A stretch of DNA of 64,000 bases from a virus (IMGVR_UViG_3300036453_000006:1022-65021), one strand, 5' to 3'. Positions 40,493-49,117 are shown, counted from the first letter of the stretch. Numbers and translations: made by a program. The notes: generated from the letters alone by a model not told the origin.

Positions 40493-41764
40493 CTAGCCAA
40501 CTAAACCTTCGGCAAAGCATAGCCAAGAGAATACGCCAAGACGACCGTCACGAAGTCCACCTCGAGCAATATAGCTAGCAAATCGGTTTCCGTAATCCTG
40601 GACACCAAATGCGCCACCACGCTCAAGCTTGCCATCGTTAGATCCAGTGAAGACCTTTGAAACGTTCAAAGTTTCTTGGACTGCTGCTTCGAATGCACGC
40701 TGCGGATCGCCATCGTTGTTGTAGTTGGCTGGGAGACGACCCTTCTTGATAAGCTCACGACAAATGCGCTTAGCAAGTTCTCCTTGGGGAAGACTGATTG
40801 ACCAGTCGCTACCTGAGCGAATGACGGGACCTACCGAATATGGAGATGCTTGCTTCGGAGCAGCCAAGACCGGAGCCATAGATGCAGCCCATTTCTCAAG
40901 TGCTGCAGAAACGTTTGCTCCGGGAAGCCCAATGTGGGATCCGGTATAACCGTATTTATCGGCGAGGTCATGGAGAGCTTCACCATAGACTCCACCAGGT
41001 TTACCATCGACCAAATATCCAGCCGGAAGGTATCCCGAATCCTTGAGCCACTGCTGCATACTAATGACTGACATGGAACCGAAGTCGCCATCCTGAAGTC
41101 CAGTGTAACGTTTAAGGCGGGTAAGTGCCTGCTGCATTGCAAGCTGGGCAGCCTTAGTCAAACCGTATGCGAAGTTAACAGCAGTCGGGACGTTATATCT
41201 TGGCACTGCCGATACGCTAGAGCTTGGAGCCATGGGGATGCCTGCAGGAGCAGCACCGCCACCGCGAAGCATTTGTGCGCGAGACGTTACGAGATCAGCA
41301 TTGACTCCACCAGCACAGGCGGTTGCATACGATGCGCCGTGAATGGTGTAGACTTCACTGTGGGTGATAACCGTCCAGGTGTTGCGAGGGCCATCACGGT
41401 GAGGCCACCAGCCTTCGATCTCCGACCAATATGCGACAGCCTTTGCCATTGCCCAGTGAGTCTCATCGGAAACCGTCCAGCCAATAACCGATTCGTTACA
41501 GGCTTCGATTGATCGAAGTGCTGAATCCCAAAAGGCGCTTGATAATGACCAAGCTCGGAATGCTTCATCGGGCATCATACGCTCGATGTTATGATCCTTG
41601 ATGATAGCGGTTGATGAGACCTGCTTTGCACCCATCTCAAGACGACGTAGTCCATCAAGGCTCGTCATAGCTGCGTGGTGGAGGCATGCACCTCTACGAG
41701 CAACATCTTGACGAATGGATTTGTTAGGCGTGTTATTGATTGCGGTCCAAGGTGCTGTAGGCAT
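40493..41764 (-). CDS. endolysin (amidase-like domain plus peptidoglycan-binding repeats)
   Basis: CLHHAA...VSS.A.I...RAWS...IEA..E; H.EV...ATAC; Q..L...GY...DG.PG repeats. Confidence 0.8.
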   Translation of the reverse strand: MPTAPWTAINNTPNKSIRQDVARRGACLHHAAMTSLDGLRRLEMGAKQVSSTAIIKDHNIERMMPDEAFRAWSLSSAFWDSALRSIEACNESVIGWTVSDETHWAMAKAVAYWSEIEGWWPHRDGPRNTWTVITHSEVYTIHGASYATACAGGVNADLVTSRAQMLRGGGAAPAGIPMAPSSSVSAVPRYNVPTAVNFAYGLTKAAQLAMQQALTRLKRYTGLQDGDFGSMSVISMQQWLKDSGYLPAGYLVDGKPGGVYGEALHDLADKYGYTGSHIGLPGANVSAALEKWAASMAPVLAAPKQASPYSVGPVIRSGSDWSISLPQGELAKRICRELIKKGRLPANYNNDGDPQRAFEAAVQETLNVSKVFTGSNDGKLERGGAFGVQDYGNRFASYIARGGLRDGRLGVFSWLCFAEGLVG

Positions 41765-41955
41765 TACTTACCCTCAGCAATCTTTTGAGTAACCCGCGCA
41801 AAAGTTTCTGGGTCATGAGATTCAACCCAAGCCAAGGACTCAGGAGAACGATCAGTTCCGTGATGTGCATCATACACATCGTTAGGGTCGAGCAGTCGTG
41901 CAATCAACGCCGAAGTCTCAGCTTCGCGCTCATCTTCAGATTTAGAATCGGGCAT
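41764..41955 (-). CDS. hypothetical protein
   Basis: 63 aa, GAAGGA RBS, coupled to the endolysin. Confidence 0.6.
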   Translation of the reverse strand: MPDSKSEDEREAETSALIARLLDPNDVYDAHHGTDRSPESLAWVESHDPETFARVTQKIAEGK

Positions 41956-42035
41956 GTGGTTCCTTCCTTCGTTGGTTCGTTACCCAGGCTTGGGTAGTTT
42001 TGTTTGTCGAAAAATATAAGGAGTGTTGTTGCTAC

Positions 42036-42440
42036 TTAGACAAAAGTCTGAAGAACCGTCAGACGAATATATGGTGCAACATCGGTTGACGCTACGCCCG
42101 AGAAGTTGCTAACTCGAACTACAACCTGATCCTTAGTTACTGATTTAACAGCCAAGACATATCGAGTTGTTGAACTTACAAGTGCCAGTACCTGAGGTGA
42201 CTGTGTAAATTTTCCAGGGGGAAGCGTGATGGCAACATCAGCACTTGCGTTGTGTGCAAGAGAGGAGGGCGCCAGAGGAACTGCGGTGTAGAATGCTCCG
42301 GCCTGAAGATATGGAATCCAATCTCCACCGAGTTCAGTCTGGATAGCCAGAATATTATCGGACTTACACCAAGCAAGTGCTCCGGCACCAATGTTACTTT
42401 GAATGTCGGCGAACCGATTCACTACTAGATCTACAGACAT
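42036..42440 (-). CDS. virion protein with H-type-lectin/gp53-like beta domain
   Basis: ITLPPGKFTQSPQV.A.V...VTKD...VRV pattern. Confidence 0.5.
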   Translation of the reverse strand: MSVDLVVNRFADIQSNIGAGALAWCKSDNILAIQTELGGDWIPYLQAGAFYTAVPLAPSSLAHNASADVAITLPPGKFTQSPQVLALVSSTTRYVLAVKSVTKDQVVVRVSNFSGVASTDVAPYIRLTVLQTFV

Positions 42441-42558
42441 AAATTTTCCTTTGAAAAGTATAGGGGGTGTTGCAGACTTAGCTTGATGCTAGGATGCCGA
42501 AAAATATAAAGAGTTGTCCCGCCGGGGATTTAATGCAGGTGGTGCGTTGGTTTAAAAG

Positions 42559-42795
42559 TTAGACCGTAACGCCCGAAGCAATGAGTGCTACGCGGATGGC
42601 ATCTACGGCGGTCTTCAGTGAAGCAGCTTCAGCCTGAACGTACGTTGCGCTGGGTGCGGTCGGGGATGCGATGGTCGCGGTACCACGGTCAGCATAGAGA
42701 AGTTCGTCGTTGGCATTCTGCGTTACACGCTCAGCTCGAATCGACTGACCAATAACGCCTTCAACAGCGTCCTGGTGGGGGATGGTATCAGCCAT
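42559..42795 (-). CDS. head fibre / decoration-like protein
   Basis: 78 aa; IASPTAP.ATY.QAEA..LKTAVDAI..AL.A.G pattern; high GC3. Confidence 0.55.
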   Translation of the reverse strand: MADTIPHQDAVEGVIGQSIRAERVTQNANDELLYADRGTATIASPTAPSATYVQAEAASLKTAVDAIRVALIASGVTV

Positions 42796-43004
42796 GATAA
42801 TGCCTTTCATTATTAGGATTAATTATAAAACGTTGGTGCTAAAAGTTTTTCGGCGGAACAACCCGTTAAGGTACTTCGGATTTTTGAAAAGTATAAGGGG
42901 TGTTGCTGCCTGAAACTCAGGACTTGTTAGGTCTTACCTATGGCTTTGACCAGGGTTAATCTAGGAACACTACGGGTTTTTGTCCCCCCGGGGCTTTTTT
43001 AGGG

Positions 43005-43013
43005 AGGGCAGCG
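43005..43013 (-). other. candidate cos site / genome end (CGCTGCCCT)
   Basis: Intergenic, within G/C-run-rich DNA between the last replication-arm gene and the first virion gene; resembles 9-nt CGCCG-type overhangs recalled for related actinophages (unverified). Confidence 0.45.
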
Positions 43014-43059
43014 ATGCGGGAGGGGGGCCTATTTTGCGAGACCCCCCTCCCCCTACCGA

Positions 43060-43347
43060 CTAGCTGTCAGACTTCTCAGTTTCTTGAGATACTTTTCTGT
43101 ACAAACCATTGTCATTCATATCGAGGACGTCATTAATTCCTTGATTAATAGCAATGTCTTGGTCCGGTTCGGACATTTCATCTGAAGTATTTGTAATCCT
43201 AGCCAATAGAGCACTAGAATGGTAACCTTTAGACTCGTCGAACGCATACCATTCGTCCCACTCACTGAAAGGACTGAAAGGATTGTCACTAGTCGTGAGC
43301 ATGTACCTGGTAGGGATGGGTGATGGGGTCGGTGCTGCTTCAGCCAT
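43060..43347 (-). CDS. conserved hypothetical phage protein
   Basis: MLTT.DNPF.PF.EWDEW..FDE.KGY.S. Confidence 0.7.
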   Translation of the reverse strand: MAEAAPTPSPIPTRYMLTTSDNPFSPFSEWDEWYAFDESKGYHSSALLARITNTSDEMSEPDQDIAINQGINDVLDMNDNGLYRKVSQETEKSDS

Positions 43348-43355
43348 GAGTTCTC

Positions 43356-46136
43356 CTATCTACTGATTGCGTCATTGAGTGTACTGGTTGGTATGCCTAG
43401 GGCAGTAGCTACTTCAGCCTGTGTGCGGCCTGCATTAAGCATGGCCTTGGCACGGGCTACTTTAGCATCGGGCATTACTGGTCTGTCACGTGGTGTAGCA
43501 AGCTCCCGTACACGGTCTTGATCAGCGTTCTTTAGTATGTTGTTGAGGCGGTTGTTAGTAATGGCGCCTGCCTGGATGGCAGACCACTCATCATCAGTGA
43601 TGAACACTGCTTGCTTCTTAGCCCCTGTTCTAGCACGGGAGTTGGCTAGAGCTTGAGTTTTAACCTTCTTTAACTCGTCCTTGTCCATCTCAGGGTTGGC
43701 CTGACGCTTGGCTGTGACAGAGGCATTGCCTATTAATTGGGCCTGGCGTTCAAGTGGGGCGTTTCTCAGGGCCACGTTCAACTTAGCAGTGAGGGAGGAC
43801 ACTTCAGACTTGTATGTGACGGCAGCACCCTTATTGTATTTAATAGGGGGGGTCGAAATCATAGACTTCCTAGCAGTGTTAGCTAGGGCCTTCATCTGGT
43901 TGGAGTGTGTAGCATACACAGACTCCATTGGTGTGCCACCCTTAGATACTAGGCTAAAGGCGTCATCTGTAATCTCGCCTTTCTTAACACTAGTGGTTCT
44001 AATGTTAACCTTCTCTGTGACAAGACCGGTCTTTTTACTTACCTTAGTGGTCACATAGGTTGCACCCGTTTCAGTAAAGACCTTCTTACCAGTACGGGGG
44101 TCAATTTTAAATCCACTTTTACGTTCAGCAATACGGGCTTCAGATGACACTTGCGAAATCAAGGTTTTAGCGCCCTTTGTAGGACCGCCCTGATACTTGG
44201 TTTTGAGTGCGGCGATTCCATTGTCTTGAGCAGAACGCTTATAATCGAGATTGTGCTTTTCAGCATCAATAACAACCATTGAGTGCATAACCGCTCTTGC
44301 AATTTCGGAATCAGGGGCGCTCATAATGGTCATATCCGTAATGAGGTTTGAAATCTTCCCCATTTCGGTTTGTTTAGAAACCATTTTTGGCATTCCCGGA
44401 TAGCCCTTATATTTAGACTGGGGATCGAAATCCTTCAGATCTTCAAGAGGGGGCTTATTTCGAACTCGACTATGACCAGAAGCCACATTGGGAATGACCA
44501 ATACCGTGTCACCGTCAAAGTCCGCACCAGAAAGACGAGCTGCAACCGTAGCATTAATTCCAACAGCATCGACCGCATTTTGAAGAAGCCGTTTAGCGTC
44601 TTTATTTCGGTTATTAACTGTCAGTTCTGGGATCTCAAAAATTCCACCATGAGGGTGTCGAATCAGAACAACTCTTTCCCCGTTGTTATATTGGGGGGCA
44701 TAAATCTCGTTGTCTTTCATCGATGAAATCGGCAGAATTACGTGGTTTCGAGTCCGAGGAAGACCTGCAGCTTTTAGATTTACAGCTGAGGCATCCGCAC
44801 CATCAGAGAATTGCTCTAGGAGCTTTCGCTTGACGGCTGGATTGTTGAGCGCCATGATTTCTTCATACTCGGCCAATTTAGAGGCATACGCAAGACCCAA
44901 CTGTTGTTTAGCAAGAATTGGACTCTGCTTAGACAACATCTGAGACGAAAGCGTTCTAGACCAACCATACCAGGCACCCTCTTCACCAGGCGTTTTGTTT
45001 CCGTCTGGATCAGTAGTTCCGACAATGTTTAGTGGAGAAAGTTTCTTCTTACCTGTTGTCGGGTCGATGTAGGTTTTCTGCCGGATGATAGATCCGAATG
45101 GGAGATCAGGATCCACAGCTTTGGTTTCTTGACCGTTTTCTTTTACACGCTTCAGAGGTTTAAGGGCGTCTAGCTTATTGCCCGTGGCGCTCTTATTCGT
45201 GTTGAAGCGCATGTCAACACCGTCAGGAAGATCATCCGCATACATGGCCATACCCTTAAGATAATGGGTATTATTGACCTGGATTCGAACTTGAGCATAA
45301 CGCGAGTCACCCAATGAGATATCGGCAACACCGCGTCGAAGTTCGATTACTCCGTCTTTTTGATCTCCGCCCTCTTCTTTATAGCGAACGGACAGACGTG
45401 AGTCTTTTACCGAGACTGGGGCTTTGATCGCACTAAACGATCGACCATTGTCCTCACTATAATGAGCTACCGTTCCGATTAGGCCTCCGCTTTGAGCAGC
45501 GATGACTTCTTTGTAGTCGGTATCGGGTGCGGACAGAACTTTAATCTTTGTGAACTTACCGGTACCAAGCTGCTGGGTTTTTACCGAGTTGACCTGATAG
45601 CCTTCCTCTTTGAGAATTTCGACTGCGGTATTCAACCGAGTTTGACTCACACCGAGGTAGTTTTCAGTACCCACTCCGATATCAAGGAATCTCTTACCGG
45701 CAACCTCAGTCCGAAGAACGTTGGATGTCGTGAGTAGGATGTCTTCTTTTTCTTGAGTTGCGGGAGCAAGAAGAGATCGAACGGTAGATTCGTTTTTACC
45801 CATCTCCAAACCAATTGCGACGTTGGACATACCCGTCAGTTTTAGCTTGACCGCGGTTGCAGAATCTTCACGACGAACAGTATCGCCAGCAATAGACATC
45901 TTTGCCCGGAATTGAGTACTCTTGAGACCCATACCTTCAGCAATTTGAGGATCGGTCAATCCATCCTTGCGAAGCTTATTGACATGGTCTGCAAACATAC
46001 GGTTGCGCTGTGAGGGATCGCCACCACTGCCCCAAGGATAACGCCCAGACTTCTGGAGTGTACCATAGTGCTGAATGGTACTGTCATCATCGAGGTATTG
46101 GATGTCTCGAGTTACGTCTACTACAGTGTCAAACAT
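43356..46136 (-). CDS. single-subunit two-barrel RNA polymerase-like protein (QDE-1/YonO type) with HTH domains and HYG leader
   Basis: QVRI...LKGM, RHPH, RLSGADFDGD, MGKISNLITD, HSMVVIDAEKH in the order expected for eukaryotic-RdRP-like polymerases; terminal HTH. Confidence 0.8.
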   Translation of the reverse strand: MFDTVVDVTRDIQYLDDDSTIQHYGTLQKSGRYPWGSGGDPSQRNRMFADHVNKLRKDGLTDPQIAEGMGLKSTQFRAKMSIAGDTVRREDSATAVKLKLTGMSNVAIGLEMGKNESTVRSLLAPATQEKEDILLTTSNVLRTEVAGKRFLDIGVGTENYLGVSQTRLNTAVEILKEEGYQVNSVKTQQLGTGKFTKIKVLSAPDTDYKEVIAAQSGGLIGTVAHYSEDNGRSFSAIKAPVSVKDSRLSVRYKEEGGDQKDGVIELRRGVADISLGDSRYAQVRIQVNNTHYLKGMAMYADDLPDGVDMRFNTNKSATGNKLDALKPLKRVKENGQETKAVDPDLPFGSIIRQKTYIDPTTGKKKLSPLNIVGTTDPDGNKTPGEEGAWYGWSRTLSSQMLSKQSPILAKQQLGLAYASKLAEYEEIMALNNPAVKRKLLEQFSDGADASAVNLKAAGLPRTRNHVILPISSMKDNEIYAPQYNNGERVVLIRHPHGGIFEIPELTVNNRNKDAKRLLQNAVDAVGINATVAARLSGADFDGDTVLVIPNVASGHSRVRNKPPLEDLKDFDPQSKYKGYPGMPKMVSKQTEMGKISNLITDMTIMSAPDSEIARAVMHSMVVIDAEKHNLDYKRSAQDNGIAALKTKYQGGPTKGAKTLISQVSSEARIAERKSGFKIDPRTGKKVFTETGATYVTTKVSKKTGLVTEKVNIRTTSVKKGEITDDAFSLVSKGGTPMESVYATHSNQMKALANTARKSMISTPPIKYNKGAAVTYKSEVSSLTAKLNVALRNAPLERQAQLIGNASVTAKRQANPEMDKDELKKVKTQALANSRARTGAKKQAVFITDDEWSAIQAGAITNNRLNNILKNADQDRVRELATPRDRPVMPDAKVARAKAMLNAGRTQAEVATALGIPTSTLNDAISR

Positions 46137-46693
46137 TAGACGTTCTCCAGGCTCCTAGTCGTGATCCGCTTATCGAATCGAATAATCTTGTCCATAATGT
46201 GAGTGATTTCATCAGGATCCCCCTCGAGCACTTCAACTGCATCTGATTGGTAGATGCGAAACTCCATGCCGATCTCTGCCGGCTTGATTCGATACTCTAG
46301 GCAGAACATAGCTGCATAGATTTCTAGCTGTCGGAAACTGGATTTAGAAGTACCAGTCTTCAGGTCGTGAATGCGAAGCAGTTCTTTGCGAAACGAAATT
46401 GAATCGGCTGTGCCGAAACAGTTATACGAGTACATCAATACTTGCTCAGCTGTCATGTGATACCCGAGAGCGTCATTGACATATGAGTTTATAGTTTGGG
46501 CGTTACGAGGTAGCTTCACTTTCATACGAATAAGCTCAGCGGCTAATGCATGGAGATCAGTTCCGCGTTGAGCCAACTGATGAGTAGTTAGATGCGTCTC
46601 AAACTTATCATCATCATAGTTGGTCCAGTGATACTTACTCGCGCTTAGTAGTGCGTGCTTTCCGACTAGATCGAAGTGCGAATTGAAGTTCAT
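46136..46693 (-). CDS. PD-(D/E)XK (Cas4-like) exonuclease
   Basis: RGT.LH..A, FGTADSI...IHDLKTG, QLEIYAA.F. Confidence 0.75.
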   Translation of the reverse strand: MNFNSHFDLVGKHALLSASKYHWTNYDDDKFETHLTTHQLAQRGTDLHALAAELIRMKVKLPRNAQTINSYVNDALGYHMTAEQVLMYSYNCFGTADSISFRKELLRIHDLKTGTSKSSFRQLEIYAAMFCLEYRIKPAEIGMEFRIYQSDAVEVLEGDPDEITHIMDKIIRFDKRITTRSLENV

Positions 46694-46958
46694 CTAGAAT
46701 GACCTTTGCGTTTTCTGGAAAGATGGTCGCGGAGTACGCCATCGTGTTGAGCATGTCAAGGTAGTATTCTTGGTTTGGTCGGTAGGGCTCCGACGCTGAC
46801 CGCTTGACTTCTAGTGCTGCCCAGTTCTTTCGAAAAAGAATGAGGAGATCAGGAAAGCCTTGGATGTAGTTTGGATCATTCTTTAAAACAACACATCCAG
46901 GAAAGACGGCTTTGATCTCTTTAATGAGGTCTGCTTGGAATTCGCTCTCTAGTTTCAT
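46635..46958 (-). CDS. VRR-NUC domain nuclease
   Basis: ESEFQ..LIKEI...G.PDL......ALEVK...RPNQ..Y. Confidence 0.8.
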   Translation of the reverse strand: MKLESEFQADLIKEIKAVFPGCVVLKNDPNYIQGFPDLLILFRKNWAALEVKRSASEPYRPNQEYYLDMLNTMAYSATIFPENAKVILDELQFALRSSRKARTTKRE

Positions 46959-47031
46959 AATTGCTGTCTTTTAGCATAATCACAAAAAAAAGACAGGGTG
47001 TCCCTTCTATTATAAGGCATGTATTAAATGC

Positions 47032-47432
47032 GTGGACAATTACCCTACTCGGTACAAGCTTCGGTCACTCACCCACTTTTGAAGTAAAAATCCCATTACT
47101 TATCTATAAGGTGTTTTTTACCTCAGTGTAGCAAATAGTGATTCAAAAGTGGGTGAGTGACCGAGAGGGGGGTTAAACTGACAAAGTGTGTGGACAATGG
47201 GGTTAGAATGGGCTATTTGTGGACACAAAACGGCCTTTTTAGCCCTTTTTAGCCCCTTTTTCAGAATTCGAATTTTCAAATCTCTGGCCAAATCTGAAAT
47301 CACTTTTGACCGAAAACCCACTTTAGTGACCGAAACGCTCCGACTAGGGTATTTATTGTCCACTTAATTTGGAAATAAGTGGGCGAGTGACCCGTTTATG
47401 GCCAGAGATTTTTCAGTTTTGGCCAGAGATTT
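47032..47432. repeat. candidate replication origin with inverted and direct repeats
   Basis: 23-bp perfect inverted repeat 47061-47083 / 47142-47164; GGCCAGAGATTT x3; GTGGACA x4; AT-rich runs; no credible ORF. Confidence 0.6.
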
Positions 47433-47473
47433 GACAAAAAGAAAGGCCTTGTTAAGGGCCCGTCTTTCTGATA

Positions 47474-47713
47474 CTACTGTGTTAGTGAGTTGAGATGTTC
47501 CAGTTTGGACATTCGTTGCATCCGGTTGTGGAATACTTCGAGGCTGTGTTTGGCGGCATAGTAGTTGTCGACAATCATCTCGTATAGATCAACTCCGATT
47601 GTGTCGGGGTCTTCTTCGAGCTGAATGTCAGCAACTTCCATGAGCTTTTTACAGTACTCAAATTTATTCGAGAGCTTGGAGTGCTGGCGTTTGAATTTTT
47701 TGCTGTTAAACAT
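47474..47713 (-). CDS. isolated cassette gene (79 aa)
   Basis: Promoter 47734-47763, AGGAG RBS, hairpin 47445-47460. Confidence 0.75.
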   Translation of the reverse strand: MFNSKKFKRQHSKLSNKFEYCKKLMEVADIQLEEDPDTIGVDLYEMIVDNYYAAKHSLEVFHNRMQRMSKLEHLNSLTQ

Positions 47714-47916
47714 AATGGTCTCCTGTAGTGGTAGGGGTCATTATATGCAGTGTAAAACTCGCGTCCCTGAACCACTACAGACCAGCCATCACCCGCCAGC
47801 ACCTCCCAGCTACTCCCCGGTTACTTCCGCGGCATCCTCAGATTCCTGAGCTTCCAGACAATCTGAACACCCACAAGGTGGTGGGCCCCAATGACCCGTC
47901 TCATGACTCAATAGAT

Positions 47917-48318
47917 CTACACCAGCGTCTTCTTGAGGGTGATGTCGACCCACTCGTTCTCGAGCGTACCAATGACGATTGCCGACCGGTTGAAATTCTG
48001 GTCCGAGAAGAATCCTTCGATCGCCTCAGACCCGAACCCTACGACCATCCAGTAGCCGATGTGTGGTGCCAACTCGTTCTCTTCCAGATTGCCGAACTCC
48101 CCCTCGAGGCGCTTGTAGTTCTTGTTCGTGATCTTGATTGCTTTAGTTGCCATTAGAAACTTTCCTCGATTGACTTTATCAATTCTCATTCTTTCTCGAC
48201 GAGCATACCAAGCTTCGGAAGCCTTGGCCTCTAGCTCAGTTGCGGTAAGTGACGAACCTATGTATCGGAGTTTGTAGTCGTCATATGATTCCCCATCACG
48301 CATTTCATAGAGAGGCAT
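47917..48318 (-). CDS. hypothetical protein
   Basis: 133-aa ORF coupled to the 2H gene. Confidence 0.55.
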   Translation of the reverse strand: MPLYEMRDGESYDDYKLRYIGSSLTATELEAKASEAWYARRERMRIDKVNRGKFLMATKAIKITNKNYKRLEGEFGNLEENELAPHIGYWMVVGFGSEAIEGFFSDQNFNRSAIVIGTLENEWVDITLKKTLV

Positions 48319-48320
48319 TG

Positions 48321-48869
48321 TTAACTATCCAATCCATAATCCACTTCGGTGATCGGGTAGGTACGACCGTCTAAGATGTAGTCCATACCTCTGAGCCACT
48401 CATCACGGTCAGCAGTACCTTTGATGTAAGCTAGTGTTACGTGCGGCTTGTAGGCACCATAGGTGTCAGTGTGAGGTAGCTGAGTTAGACGCTCACGGCC
48501 TTCGAGAAGATTAGTAGTCTCTAGTACTGTGGCTATGATGACATTGTAATCTTCTCCTTCAACCGATGATGGAAAGTATGTGATACGCTCGAACTCAATT
48601 GGTTCAGGCGTCCATCCATCAAGGGCCTCAGCTACCTCTCGTACGTAACCGGTGCTTGGGTGAATACCAAACAACAAAGTAACGTGAGCATTGCGTTGTC
48701 CAACAAGACCCTGAGCATACTGCAGCTGCGGGTGTTTACCATAGAACAAATCGTGAATGGGTAGATTGCCACCCCACCCTCGTTCCATGTAGGTAAACGG
48801 TTGAATGTTGAGCATCACACACTCAAGGTCTTGTACTGATACCCCTTCGGGCAGTGGGAGGTTTCCCAT
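48321..48869 (-). CDS. 2H phosphoesterase (Acb1 / T4 57B-like)
   Basis: Two HxT motifs: NAHVTLLFG and YKPHVTLAY. Confidence 0.8.
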   Translation of the reverse strand: MGNLPLPEGVSVQDLECVMLNIQPFTYMERGWGGNLPIHDLFYGKHPQLQYAQGLVGQRNAHVTLLFGIHPSTGYVREVAEALDGWTPEPIEFERITYFPSSVEGEDYNVIIATVLETTNLLEGRERLTQLPHTDTYGAYKPHVTLAYIKGTADRDEWLRGMDYILDGRTYPITEVDYGLDS

Positions 48870-49117
48870 TAGTCCTCATTCCTTAGATATTTCCGCAGCT
48901 TTGCATTCAGCTCACTAACGGTGTTGGGTGAGACTTTACCGGGTTTTCCATGGAACGCAATGTCTAATAGACCCTCGCCAAAGAACTCATTTAATAGACC
49001 CAAGAGTTCAGTGCCAATAAGCTGACCTTCGATCTTGCCGTCTTCATCAAATGAGATAACTCCAATTACTCGATTCCCCATTGTGAGAGGAAGCTTTTCG
49101 TTATATGCCATTGCCAT
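48869..49117 (-). CDS. hypothetical protein
   Basis: 82-aa coupled ORF. Confidence 0.55.
   Translation of the reverse strand: MAMAYNEKLPLTMGNRVIGVISFDEDGKIEGQLIGTELLGLLNEFFGEGLLDIAFHGKPGKVSPNTVSELNAKLRKYLRNED

Larger units (their letters stand above)
42009..42905 (-). promoter_or_regulatory. candidate promoter class II, CAACAC(C/T)CC(C/T)TATA(C/T)TTTTC, 4 copies
   Basis: Plus-strand GAAAA(A/G)TATA..G.GTGTTG at 42009, 42453, 42499 (degenerate) and 42886. Confidence 0.55.

Noticed and set aside
46136-46693. Cas4 as evidence of a CRISPR system
   Set aside because: Standalone PD-(D/E)XK nuclease next to VRR-NUC, common in phage recombination modules; lacks the Fe-S cysteines and any cas neighbours.
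47118-47363. 81-aa ORF
   Set aside because: Lies wholly within the repeat-rich candidate origin, with low-complexity sequence and no RBS.
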